64,000 nt of DNA, taken from NCBI GenBank assembly GCA_963805975.1, contig CAWDVR010000004.1:525069-589068 (forward strand). The letters run 5' to 3'. The position numbers were made by a program, and so were the translations under genes. Source of the DNA: an uncultured Acidobacteriota bacterium (lineage in GTDB: Bacteria; Acidobacteriota; Thermoanaerobaculia; Multivoradales; SZUA-115). Below are positions 29,221 through 38,295 of this stretch, one piece after another. The notes below the pieces were generated by a model. That model saw only the letters and a program-made list of their open reading frames with translations, was not told the origin of the DNA and made no database searches. How positions within the stretch are numbered: the stretch's first letter is position 1; each line of letters begins with the position of its first letter.

Positions 29221-31143
29221 ATGCTCCGCGAGCTGAAGGGCGATCTCGCCGGCCGCCTCGCGGCCCGCATCCGGGACCTCTACGGCCTGGAGCAGCAGGC
29301 GTCGCTCGAGGTGCCCCCGCGGCGTGACCTGGGCGACCTCTCTTTTCCCGGCGCCCTGCAGCTCGCCCGTGCGCTCAAGAAGAACCCGCGGGCCATCGCC
29401 ACGGAGCTGGCCGCTGGGCTCGAGCTGCCGCCGGCGGTGGCCGAGCTCAAGGTCGAGGGCGCCGGCTACCTCAATTTCTACCTGCACCGTGGCCCGGCCA
29501 TCGCGCGCCTGCTGACCGACGAGGTGGTCGCCCCGGCGCCGCGTGGCGGCAAGGTCGTGGTCGAGCACACCAACATCAACCCCAACAAGGCGGCGCACAT
29601 CGGCCACCTGCGAAACGCCGTGCTCGGTGACGTGCTGGTGCGCTGCCTCTCCGCGCTCGGCTATCCCGTCGAGACCCAGAACTACGTCGACGACACCGGC
29701 GTGCAGCTCGCCGACGTGGTGGTGGGCTTCATGGATCTGCGGGGCCTGGGCGCCGCCGCGGTCGAGGTCCTGCCCGAGCCCTTCGACTTCTACTGCTGGG
29801 ACCTCTACGGCGAGGTCGGCCGCTGGTACGAGGAGGACCCCGGCCGTCGCGGTCTCCGGCAGGCCACCCTCCACGGCCTCGAGTCCGGCCAGGGCGAGCG
29901 GGCCGAGCTCGGCCGCCTGGTGGCACGCCGGGTGCTCTCCCGTCACCTCGCCACCATGCGCCGGTTGGGCATCGGCTACGACCTCTTGACGCGGGAGAGC
30001 GAGGTCCTGGCACGCCAGTTCTTCACCCGCGCCTTCGAGCTGCTGCAAGCCTCCGGCGCGGTGCGGCTCGAGGCAGAGGGCAAGAACCAGGGCTGCTGGG
30101 TGATGCCGCTCGCCGGCAGCGAGGAGTTCGCCGGCCTCGAGGACCCGGACAAGGTGATCGTGCGCTCGGACGGCACGGTGACCTACGTGGGCAAGGACAT
30201 CGCCTACCAGCTCTGGAAGTTCGGCCTCCTGGGCCGCGACTTCAACTATCAGTTCTGGGACGAGGAGCAGGTCTGGGAGACCGCCGCGGACGGCGCCGCA
30301 GACCACCCGACCTTCGGCGGCGCCAGCCGGGTGATCAACGTCATCGACGCGCGGCAGAGCTATCTCCAGAAGATCGTCCGCGCCGGCCTCGAGTCCCTGG
30401 GCCACGAGACGCAGGCGGCGGCCTCCGTGCACTTCGCCTACGAGATGGTGGCGCTCTCGCCGGCCACCGCCCGCCAGCTCGGCTTCGCGAGCGAGGAAGA
30501 AGGCGAGGCCGGCAAGACGCTCGAGATGTCCGGCAGGAAGGGCATCGGCGTCAAGGCCGACGACCTCCTCGACCAGTTGATCGCCAAGAGCCGTGAGGAG
30601 ATTGCCCAGCGCAACCGCGAGCTCGGCGAGGAGGAGCTGGCGGACCTCGCGCGCCAGATCGCCACCGCCGCGATGCGCTTCTTCATGGTCAAGGCCACCA
30701 CCACGCGCATCATCGCCTTCGACTTCGACGAGGCCCTGGCTTTCGAGGGCGAGACCGGGCCGTACCTCCAGTACTCCTCGGTGCGGGTGCGCAACATCAA
30801 GCGCAAGCTCGGCGAGGCGGGCCTCGCCTCGCGGGTGACGGCAGCCGAGGCCGCGGTCTTGCCGGCCGCCTGCTGGCAAGACGACCTCTGGGACCTGGCG
30901 CTCGGCGTGGCGCAGTCGGCCGAGGTGGTGGAGCGGGCGGCCGACACGCTCGAGCTATCCGCCGTGGCCCGCCATGCCCTGGATCTCGCCCAGCGCTTCA
31001 ACGCGGTCTACCACCGCCATCCGATCCTGCAAGAAGAAGACGCCGAGATCCGCACCGCCCGCCTGGCCGCGGTCGAGGTCTTCGCGCGCGGCTTGCAGGC
31101 GCTGACCGGCCTTCTCGGCGTGCCGCTCCCAGAGCGGATGTAG
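29221..31143 (+). CDS. argS: arginine--tRNA ligase
   Basis: Class I HIGH motif (HTNINPNKAAHIGHLRN), anticodon-binding C-terminal DALR-type region. 640 aa. Confidence 0.9.
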   Translation: MLRELKGDLAGRLAARIRDLYGLEQQASLEVPPRRDLGDLSFPGALQLARALKKNPRAIATELAAGLELPPAVAELKVEGAGYLNFYLHRGPAIARLLTDEVVAPAPRGGKVVVEHTNINPNKAAHIGHLRNAVLGDVLVRCLSALGYPVETQNYVDDTGVQLADVVVGFMDLRGLGAAAVEVLPEPFDFYCWDLYGEVGRWYEEDPGRRGLRQATLHGLESGQGERAELGRLVARRVLSRHLATMRRLGIGYDLLTRESEVLARQFFTRAFELLQASGAVRLEAEGKNQGCWVMPLAGSEEFAGLEDPDKVIVRSDGTVTYVGKDIAYQLWKFGLLGRDFNYQFWDEEQVWETAADGAADHPTFGGASRVINVIDARQSYLQKIVRAGLESLGHETQAAASVHFAYEMVALSPATARQLGFASEEEGEAGKTLEMSGRKGIGVKADDLLDQLIAKSREEIAQRNRELGEEELADLARQIATAAMRFFMVKATTTRIIAFDFDEALAFEGETGPYLQYSSVRVRNIKRKLGEAGLASRVTAAEAAVLPAACWQDDLWDLALGVAQSAEVVERAADTLELSAVARHALDLAQRFNAVYHRHPILQEEDAEIRTARLAAVEVFARGLQALTGLLGVPLPERM

Positions 31144-31152
31144 AGTCCGCGC

Positions 31153-31683
31153 GTGGATGTTCCGCGCGTGACGAGCACCATCGCCCGCTTCTTCGAGCAG
31201 CGAGAGATCCCTTTCGCCGTGATCGGCGGCCTGGCGCTCCATGCCTACGGTCTGCCGCGTGCCACCTTCGATGCGGACTTTGCTGCCGACGCAGCCAGCC
31301 AGGTTGCGTTGATCGCGTTCCTGGAAGCCCTGGGTTACAGGACCCTTCATCAGTCAGCCGGCTACTCCAACCATCTGCATGAAGATTCCGCCTGGGGCCG
31401 GGTCGACATGGTCTATGTCCGAGACGCGACCAGCCGGCGGCTCTTCTCCGAGGTTCGCCACCTGGAGCTGCTTCCCGGATTGACCGCGCCGGTGCCTCGC
31501 CCCGAGCACCTGATCGCGATGAAGGTCCAGGCCATGGCCAATGACCCGGAGCGGGCCTTGCAGGACCTCGCCGACATCCGGCACCTGGCCGCGGTGCCGG
31601 GCGTGGACCAGGCCCAGGTGCGAGAGGCCTTCGCGAAACGGGGTCTCGAGGAGCGGTACGATGAGCTACGACCCAAAGGCTGA
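31153..31683 (+). CDS. nucleotidyltransferase-fold protein (minimal NTase / AbiEii-like)
   Basis: GG...D.D NTase signature (FAVIGGLALHAYGLPRATFDADF). C-terminal helical region (HLIAMKVQAMANDPERALQDLADIRHL). GTG start. Confidence 0.55.
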   Translation: MDVPRVTSTIARFFEQREIPFAVIGGLALHAYGLPRATFDADFAADAASQVALIAFLEALGYRTLHQSAGYSNHLHEDSAWGRVDMVYVRDATSRRLFSEVRHLELLPGLTAPVPRPEHLIAMKVQAMANDPERALQDLADIRHLAAVPGVDQAQVREAFAKRGLEERYDELRPKG

Positions 31684-31864
31684 GGCGCTCGATCTCGAGC
31701 GCGACCTGCCAACGACCCCCGAGGACGTCGCTGCTCTCCGGGCGGTCCGCCGGCTTCCGGTCTCGGCCGCTGCGTACGAGCAGTTCCTGAGATCGCTGGG
31801 CGATCTTCCCTACGAGGTGCTGCTGGCGCGGCGCGGCCCGCACGGGGAGCCGTTCGACCTCTAA
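31661..31864 (+). CDS. small hypothetical ORF overlapping the 3' end of the NTase-fold gene
   Basis: 67-aa ATG-initiated ORF overlapping the upstream gene by 23 nt. No recognisable family. Confidence 0.25.
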   Translation: MSYDPKAEALDLERDLPTTPEDVAALRAVRRLPVSAAAYEQFLRSLGDLPYEVLLARRGPHGEPFDL

Positions 31865-33135
31865 GCGCCGGGTTTCTTCTCGAACCTCGCCAGCCCGAAG
31901 AACGGGTCCACGGCACGGTCGCCGAGCACGGTGGCTGCCACCCTCTCGCCCCAGGCGGGGGCGAACTTGAAGCCGTGGCCGGAGCCGCCGCCCACCAGCC
32001 AGCAGTTTTCCGCCCGCGGGTGGCGGTCGAGGATGAAATGCGAGTCCGGCGAGCTCTCGTACTGGCAGACGCGGGTTTCGAGGAGCGGCGCCGCGGCGAG
32101 GGCGGGAAAGCGCCGGGCGAGGAGGTCGCGCGCCAGCCGGAGCGCCTCCGCCGAGGCCACGCGCTCGCCGGCGGTGGGGTCGAAGGCCTCGCCGCGGGTG
32201 TCGTCCGCTACCTTGAAGCCGCGGTGCTCGTTGCCGGGGATGCCGTAGAACAGCCGCTCGCCAACCTCGATCCAGATCGGGAACGACCCCTCCTCGAAGC
32301 GCCGGTCGCCGGCCGGCGAGCCGAAGTAGAAGACCTCCTGTCGCGTGGGACGCACCCGCTCGCCCACGACGTCGGGGAAGAGCCGGCCGAGCCAGGGACC
32401 GCAGCAGAAGACGTAGGCGTCGGCTCCGAGCCGTGAGCCGTCGCCCAGCTCGATCCCTTCCATGCCGCCGCCATTCGCACGGCCGGGCCTCACCTCGGCC
32501 TGGCGGTACTCGCCACCCGCGGCTACCAGCGCCTCGACCGCGCCGGCGCAGGCGCGGCGGGCGAGCAAGTACCCGGCCTTGGGCTCGTAGAGCGCCCAGC
32601 CGATGCCCTCGAAGCGGATCTGCGGGAAGCGGCGCGCCGCTTCCGCCGTCGAAAGCTCCTCGAAGGGAAACCCCAGCTCCTGGAGGTGCGGCCGCGCGGC
32701 GCGTACGAACTCGGCCGGGCCGCTCGCCATCCAGAGGGCGCCGGTCGGATGGTACAGGCGGCGCTGCCACCGCTCCTCGAGCTCCTGCCAGAGGGTCAGG
32801 GCCTGGGCGGCCAGCTCGACGTACACCCGGTCGCCGTAGACGCCGCGGATCACCCGCGTCTCGCCGCCGGAGCTCGACCGCGAGTTGCCCGGCCCCCAGG
32901 CGTCGACCAGGGTGACCCGCGCGCCCCGGCGCGCGAGCGCCAGCGCCGTGAAGCTGCCGAAGGCGCCGGCCCCCACCACGACCACGTGACGGCGCGGAGC
33001 GTGGGGCGTTTCGTCGTCGTCGGCCGTCTCCCTGGCAGCCGGCGAAGCCCCACTCCTGCTGGCCACCGCGGCAGGCACCGCTGCGAGCGTGGTCAGGAAG
33101 GCACGGCGCGAGAAGCCCAGCTTGTGTATTCCCAT
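31861..33135 (-). CDS. FAD-dependent oxidoreductase (DAO family; sarcosine/glycine oxidase-like) with Tat signal
   Basis: Tat motif (SRRAFLTTLAAVP). FAD-binding GxGxxG (VVVVGAGAFG). DAO-family C-terminal motifs (GGGSGHGFKFAP). Confidence 0.8.
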   Translation of the reverse strand: MGIHKLGFSRRAFLTTLAAVPAAVASRSGASPAARETADDDETPHAPRRHVVVVGAGAFGSFTALALARRGARVTLVDAWGPGNSRSSSGGETRVIRGVYGDRVYVELAAQALTLWQELEERWQRRLYHPTGALWMASGPAEFVRAARPHLQELGFPFEELSTAEAARRFPQIRFEGIGWALYEPKAGYLLARRACAGAVEALVAAGGEYRQAEVRPGRANGGGMEGIELGDGSRLGADAYVFCCGPWLGRLFPDVVGERVRPTRQEVFYFGSPAGDRRFEEGSFPIWIEVGERLFYGIPGNEHRGFKVADDTRGEAFDPTAGERVASAEALRLARDLLARRFPALAAAPLLETRVCQYESSPDSHFILDRHPRAENCWLVGGGSGHGFKFAPAWGERVAATVLGDRAVDPFFGLARFEKKPGA

Positions 33136-33325
33136 CGTGCCCGCACCCAGGTTCTCGCTGCCCTCAGAACGACAGTCGTAGTCGTCGTTTGTCGTCCGTG
33201 TCCCCGCGAGGCCCGATAGAGTCTAGCTTCAACTCGACTGCCGGACGGAGCCCGCGCGGAACATCCACCGCCGGGCCGCGTAAGGAAATGCAAAAGTCTC
33301 GCGGACGCCCGAGAGGAGAGTCCCC

Positions 33326-34054
33326 ATGCCTCAGCCCACGAAATCCACCTCCCCTTGGGTCTGGGTCGCCGCCGGCTGCGGCTGCGCCGTGCTGGTCGCG
33401 GTGCTGGCCGTCGGCGGCATGGGCTTTTTCGGCTATCGCTGGGCCAAGCAGGTCGAGAGCGAGATCAAGGACCCCGAGCAGCGCCGGGCCAAGGTGCTGG
33501 AGGTGCTCGGCGTCGAGCAGGTGCCCGCGGGCTACTTCCCGGTGATGGGAATCTCCATCCCCTTCATCATGGAGATGGCGATCCTCTCCGACCGCGAGCC
33601 CTCACCTGGCGACGCGGACACGGATCGCAACTCCTTCGACGAGCGCGGGCTCTTCTACATCGCGACCATCCAGAGCGGGCGGGACCGCCAGCGGATCCAG
33701 GACTACTTCGACGGCAAGACCAACGACCTCGAGGGCTTGCAGCAGGCGGGCCTCTCCTTCGGCCGCGGCGAAGTCGTGCGCCGGGGATCGCTCGCGCTGC
33801 CCGGCGCCGAAACGCGTTACCTCGCCGAGCGCGGCGAGGTCTCGAACCGCCACTCCTCCGGCAAGCGCAGCATCACCGCCCTCGCGCTGATCGACTGCGC
33901 CAAGGACTCCAGGATGCGGCTGGCGATCTGGTTCGGACCGGACCCGGCTCCCGATGCACCCGTGGAGAGCCTGGACCTCGCCGGCACGCCGGCCGACGAG
34001 GCGGCCCTCACCGCCTTCCTCGGCCAGTTCCGGCTCTGCGGGGCGGCTTCGTAG
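33326..34054 (+). CDS. hypothetical membrane-anchored protein
   Basis: N-terminal transmembrane segment (WVWVAAGCGCAVLVAVLAVGGMGFFGY). 242 aa. No recognisable family. Confidence 0.5.
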   Translation: MPQPTKSTSPWVWVAAGCGCAVLVAVLAVGGMGFFGYRWAKQVESEIKDPEQRRAKVLEVLGVEQVPAGYFPVMGISIPFIMEMAILSDREPSPGDADTDRNSFDERGLFYIATIQSGRDRQRIQDYFDGKTNDLEGLQQAGLSFGRGEVVRRGSLALPGAETRYLAERGEVSNRHSSGKRSITALALIDCAKDSRMRLAIWFGPDPAPDAPVESLDLAGTPADEAALTAFLGQFRLCGAAS

Positions 34055-34189
34055 ACTTGACCACGAAACCGTCGCGAGCGGTCCACATGCAAGGAGACGG
34101 AGGACCCGGCAACCGGAGCATTCTGGTGCGCCGCACTGAGAAGTTGAGAGCTTCTCCAGCCTCGCCCTTCCCGACGCGAGGCTGGAGCT

Positions 34190-34370
34190 CGACACCCCCG
34201 GTCGTCATCCGGAGCTCTCCCGCCCCACCGTCATCCTGAGCGTAGCGAAGGATCTGGGGGGTGGGAGCTGAGGTTCCAGCACGGCGATCGTCTCTCGGGT
34301 CAGAGCATCGGCGCGCCGCCCTTCCCCCCAGATCCCTCGCTCTCGCTCGGGATGACATCGGGGGTGGGTG
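34190..34370. repeat. composite inverted-repeat element (MITE/REP-like) built on a GTCATCC-GAGCG-AGCGAAGGATCTGGGGGG motif
   Basis: GTCATCCTGAGCGTAGCGAAGGATCTGGGGGG (about 34229-34260) and its imperfect inverse CCCCCCAGATCCCTCGCTCTCGCTCGGGATGAC (about 34321-34353) flank a ~60-nt spacer. A further partial copy (GTCATCCGGAGC) precedes it. Non-coding region between convergent genes. Confidence 0.5.
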
Positions 34371-34529
34371 GTGAAATCGCCAACACTCGAGGCCTGGATA
34401 CAGAATGGCACTAAATCAAGGCACGCTAAGGAGTTGATACCGCCAAGGCAGGAGTTCCCGGCACACAACGCGGCTTGCGCTTAACGAGCCCGCGGCACGA
34501 TGTCGCGGCATGGAGAAGCAGTAGGTTCC

Positions 34530-35420
34530 TCAGTCGTCGCCGTAGTCGATCTCCATCCTCTGGATCCGCCAGCCGGAGAGCACCAGCGCCACGGCGGAGA
34601 GGAGGAGCAGGCCGAGGACGGCGAGCCACGCCGGGGTGGGGTCGGTGGGCAGCGCGAAGAGCCCCTCGGAGACCGGCACCGGTGACAGCGATTTCAGGTA
34701 GTGGGTCACGGAGAGCTTCTTCAAGACGGGCGGCAGCAGGAAGTTGAACCACTCCCAGAAGTAGATCAGGGCCGCCGGCAGGATCGGGTTCTTGAGATAG
34801 AGGCCGAGCAGCAGGAAGATGGCGCCGTAGCCCAGGCAGCCGAGCGCCGTGACGGTCACGTAGGCCAGCAGGTGCCCGAACCCCGGCCCGTCGAAGAAGT
34901 GCTGGCGGATCGCCTCGCCCCCGAAAGGCAGCCGGAACAGCAGGTAGGAGACCACCGTCGAGCCGCCGAAGAGCAGCACCGTGGCGAGCAGGCCGGAGAG
35001 GAACTTCCCGGCCACCAGCACGTGACGCCGCACGGGCGAGAGCAGGTAGTAGTGGAGGCTCCGGTCCAGCACCTCGCCGCGGAACAGGTTGGTGAACACC
35101 CACACGCAGCCGAAGTAGGTCACCGTGCGCAACAGCAGGCCCTGGTAGAAGCCGGCGTAGATCCCACCTGCCCATTGCACTGTCTCGAACGGCCGGCTGT
35201 GGTACAGCGTGGCGACGGCGAACACCGCGGCGCCGGCCAGCGGCAGCAGCGCCAGCAGATAGAGCAGCAGGGCGCGCCGGCCGAGGAAGCTCTTGCGCGC
35301 CTCGAGGCGCAGGATGCCTGCCACCTGGCGCCGCCACAGGGCCCAGGGCCTCGGCACGGAGGGGGGCCGCGGCGCGGCGGGGGGCTTGGCCGCGGCCGTG
35401 GTCGTGTCCGGGGTCGTCAT
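34530..35420 (-). CDS. ABC-2 type transporter permease
   Basis: Six predicted transmembrane segments. Start overlaps the upstream ATPase stop. Last gene of the sigma-controlled operon. Confidence 0.75.
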   Translation of the reverse strand: MTTPDTTTAAAKPPAAPRPPSVPRPWALWRRQVAGILRLEARKSFLGRRALLLYLLALLPLAGAAVFAVATLYHSRPFETVQWAGGIYAGFYQGLLLRTVTYFGCVWVFTNLFRGEVLDRSLHYYLLSPVRRHVLVAGKFLSGLLATVLLFGGSTVVSYLLFRLPFGGEAIRQHFFDGPGFGHLLAYVTVTALGCLGYGAIFLLLGLYLKNPILPAALIYFWEWFNFLLPPVLKKLSVTHYLKSLSPVPVSEGLFALPTDPTPAWLAVLGLLLLSAVALVLSGWRIQRMEIDYGDD

Positions 35421-36361
35421 GCGCGCCCTCCGTCGCCGCCGATCAGATAGTCGTACACCGCCTGCACGTCCTCGTCCTCCGGCCCCACCGCCTCGACCGT
35501 CAGGCCCTCCTCGAGCACCACGCGGTTGAGCAGCAGGTGGAAGCGGTCGGCGTCACGCGTGCGTGCGGAGAGGCCCTGCCCGTCGTCGTGGATCTTCACC
35601 TCCACCACCTCGGCCAGGCCGAACAGCCGCGCCGCCAGCACCTGCGGCCGGTCGCAGCGCACGAAGACCTGGACGGGGTGCTCGTGCATCTCGGTGCGCA
35701 CGCCCTCGATCACGCCCTCGGCCACCACGTAGCCGCTGTTCAGGAGGATCACGCGGTCCGAGATCAAATCCACCTCGTGCAGGATGTGGCTCGAGATGAT
35801 GACGTGCTGGCCCTGGGCGGCGAAGCTCTGGAAGAGGGCGATCACCTCGGCGCGGGCCATGGGGTCGAGGCCGTTCAAAGGCTCGTCGAGTACCAGCACG
35901 GAGGGCTTGTGGGCGAGGGCCTGGGCGAGCCGGATGCGCTGCCGCATGCCCTTGCTGTAGGCCGCGACCTTGCGGTGCGCGGCATCGGCGAGGTTGACGC
36001 GCTCGATCGCTTCTTCGGTGAGCGCCCGCGCCTCGGCGCTGAGGTAGCCGTGGACCTTCAGGAACGAGTAGATGAGCTGGTAGCCGGTCATGCCGCGCGG
36101 GAAGGAGTCGACCTGGGTCGCGTAGCCCACGCGGCGGAACATCTCCTCGGGATCGTCGGGCGTCAGGCCCAGCACGCTCACGCGGCCGTCGGTGGGCCGC
36201 AGGAGGCCGGTCATCAGGTTCATCAGCGTGCTCTTGCCCGCGCCGTTCGGCCCCACCAGGCCGGTGATGCCCGGCGCGATGGTGAGGTGCACCCGGTTGA
36301 CGCCGAGCACGTCGCCGTAGAACTTGGAGACGTTGTCGAAGACGATGGCGCCCTCGTTCAT
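35417..36361 (-). CDS. ABC transporter ATP-binding protein
   Basis: Walker A (GPNGAGKST), signature (YSKGMRQR), Walker B ([12 protein letters not shown]). Start at MNEGAIVF. The track ORF is extended upstream. Confidence 0.85.
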   Translation of the reverse strand: MNEGAIVFDNVSKFYGDVLGVNRVHLTIAPGITGLVGPNGAGKSTLMNLMTGLLRPTDGRVSVLGLTPDDPEEMFRRVGYATQVDSFPRGMTGYQLIYSFLKVHGYLSAEARALTEEAIERVNLADAAHRKVAAYSKGMRQRIRLAQALAHKPSVLVLDEPLNGLDPMARAEVIALFQSFAAQGQHVIISSHILHEVDLISDRVILLNSGYVVAEGVIEGVRTEMHEHPVQVFVRCDRPQVLAARLFGLAEVVEVKIHDDGQGLSARTRDADRFHLLLNRVVLEEGLTVEAVGPEDEDVQAVYDYLIGGDGGRA

Positions 36362-37233
36362 CGCTCCACCTCGTAGGCGCGGACCCGGCGCGTGAGCACC
36401 GCGACCGAGGCGAGCGAGACCAGGGCGAAGACCACCCAGGCCGTCACCGGCGAGGGATGCCCGTCGGGGAGCGGCAGGCCGAAGAGGCCCGCCCACACCG
36501 AGCGCAGCAGGGCCCCCACCTGGATCAGCGAGGCCCAGTCGGTCGAGAAGCTCAGGTTGAGCACCGCACCCATCGCCTGCAGCACGAAGGGCGCCGCGAA
36601 GAAGAAGAGCCGCGCCACCGGTTTCCACTTGACGGTCGCCGACACGGCGAGCGAGGTGAGCGACAGCACCAGGATCCACAGGACGGAGGACATGAAGATC
36701 GAGCCGGCGAGCCAGTAGTGCTCCCAGAACCAGTCGAAGCCGGCGAGGAAGCTCTGGAAGGAGAAGAGCAGCAGGCCCGGCACCCAGGTGACGGCGGAGA
36801 GCAGCACCGCGAGCACCACCAGCTTGCCCAGCACGTAGTCGCGGCGGGTGATGGGTCGCGCGAGATAGAGGGGCATGGCGTTGTTGCGCAGATCGGGCGA
36901 GATCAGGGCCGGGCCCACCACCATCGCCACGAAGAAGGCGAGGAAGCTCTGCGGCGCCATCACCCAGTTCCGGAAGAAGGCGGCGTCGATGCCCAGCAGA
37001 GCCTCGATCAGGGCCGCGGGCAGCTTCAGGACGTTGATCGCCTCGGCGTTGTGGGCGAGGTAGATGCGGACGCTGCCGACCAGCGGCGCCACGAAGCTGA
37101 GCACGAAGAGGGCGAGGAAGAGCCGCGAGTTGAACAGGTCCCGGAGCGCGTAGCGGGGGATGACGAAGAGCCGCGAGCGCTCGGGCGTCAGCGCGCCGGC
37201 GTAGGAGCGGTAGGTACGTCCGTACACGGCCAC
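36358..37233 (-). CDS. ABC-2 type transporter permease (start codon approximate, probable GTG)
   Basis: Polytopic membrane protein in frame with ...[16 protein letters not shown].... No in-frame ATG; a GTG overlaps the upstream ATPase stop. Confidence 0.65.
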   Translation of the reverse strand: MAVYGRTYRSYAGALTPERSRLFVIPRYALRDLFNSRLFLALFVLSFVAPLVGSVRIYLAHNAEAINVLKLPAALIEALLGIDAAFFRNWVMAPQSFLAFFVAMVVGPALISPDLRNNAMPLYLARPITRRDYVLGKLVVLAVLLSAVTWVPGLLLFSFQSFLAGFDWFWEHYWLAGSIFMSSVLWILVLSLTSLAVSATVKWKPVARLFFFAAPFVLQAMGAVLNLSFSTDWASLIQVGALLRSVWAGLFGLPLPDGHPSPVTAWVVFALVSLASVAVLTRRVRAYEVER

Positions 37234-37235
37234 GA

Positions 37236-38159
37236 TCAGCTCTCCATGGCCTTCAGGAAAATGTCCTGCAGCGAGTCGCGCTTGTAGTCGAGGCGGCGGA
37301 TCTGGATCTCCTTTTCGGCGGCGATCTGGAACAGCTCGCGGATCTCGAGGCCCTGGGGCAGCACCATCTTGAGCCGCCGCTGGCCGGAGAGCGCCACTTC
37401 CGCGCCGGCGGCCTCGGCCGCGGCGGCGAAGGCGTCGCGGTCGCCGCCGCGGGTCTCGACCAGCAGGAACTTGCGGTTGGTGCGCCGCTCCTCCTCGAGG
37501 TTCGCGTAGGTGGCGATGCGGCCCGCCTTGAGCACCAGCACCTCGTCGCAGCACTCCTCCACGTCGCGCAGCAGGTGCGAGGAGAGGATGACGTGGGCCG
37601 TGCCGCTGTCGCGCACCTCACGGATCAGCTTCAACATTCGATTGCGGTGCGGCGGGTCGAGGCCGTTGGTGGGCTCGTCGAGCAGCAGGAGCTTCGGCCC
37701 GTGGACGATCGCCTGCGCGAACTTGGCGAGCTGCTTCATGCCGAAGGAGTAGGTCTCGAGCTTTCTGTAGCGGGCCTCGCCCAGGCCGACGTAGAAGAAG
37801 GCCTCGTGCGTGCGCTCCATGGCCTCGGCGGTGGGCAGGCCGGAGAGCTCGGCCATCATGCGCACGAAGCGCACGCCGGAGAGGCCGGCGATGAACGAGT
37901 CGCGCTCCGGCATGTAGCCGATCATCCGCCGCACCTCGCGGCCATCGTCGGTGATGCTCTTGCCGAACACCCGCGCCGCGCCCGCGGACGGCGGATGGAA
38001 ACCGAGCAGGGTGTGGAGCAGCGTGGTCTTGCCGGCGCCATTCGGCCCCAGGAGGCCGATCGCCCGGCCGCCCACCTTGGCGGTGAGCTGATCCAGGATC
38101 TGGCGCGAGCCGAAGCGGACAGAAAGCCCCTCGAGCTCCAGGACGGATGGTTGGGTCAT
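37236..38159 (-). CDS. ABC transporter ATP-binding protein
   Basis: Walker A (GPNGAGKTT), signature (FSFGMKQL), Walker B ([12 protein letters not shown]). 307 aa. Confidence 0.85.
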   Translation of the reverse strand: MTQPSVLELEGLSVRFGSRQILDQLTAKVGGRAIGLLGPNGAGKTTLLHTLLGFHPPSAGAARVFGKSITDDGREVRRMIGYMPERDSFIAGLSGVRFVRMMAELSGLPTAEAMERTHEAFFYVGLGEARYRKLETYSFGMKQLAKFAQAIVHGPKLLLLDEPTNGLDPPHRNRMLKLIREVRDSGTAHVILSSHLLRDVEECCDEVLVLKAGRIATYANLEEERRTNRKFLLVETRGGDRDAFAAAAEAAGAEVALSGQRRLKMVLPQGLEIRELFQIAAEKEIQIRRLDYKRDSLQDIFLKAMES

Positions 38160-38295
38160 GAGTGGAGAACGTCCCCCGCGCGGCCAGGTAGTGTTTCGGA
38201 GTGCCGTGTTTCGAAGTGCTGTGAAACGAAAGTGCTGTGTACCGAAGTGAGGCCCCGGAGCTTACACGAGCTTGGCTCCGGGGCCTCGTGCGGTC

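Noticed and set aside
35537-37287. Plus-strand ORFs (35537-36376, 36457-37287) inside the ABC operon
   Set aside because: They are antisense to the ABC ATPase and permease genes, with low-complexity H/E/G/R-rich translations.
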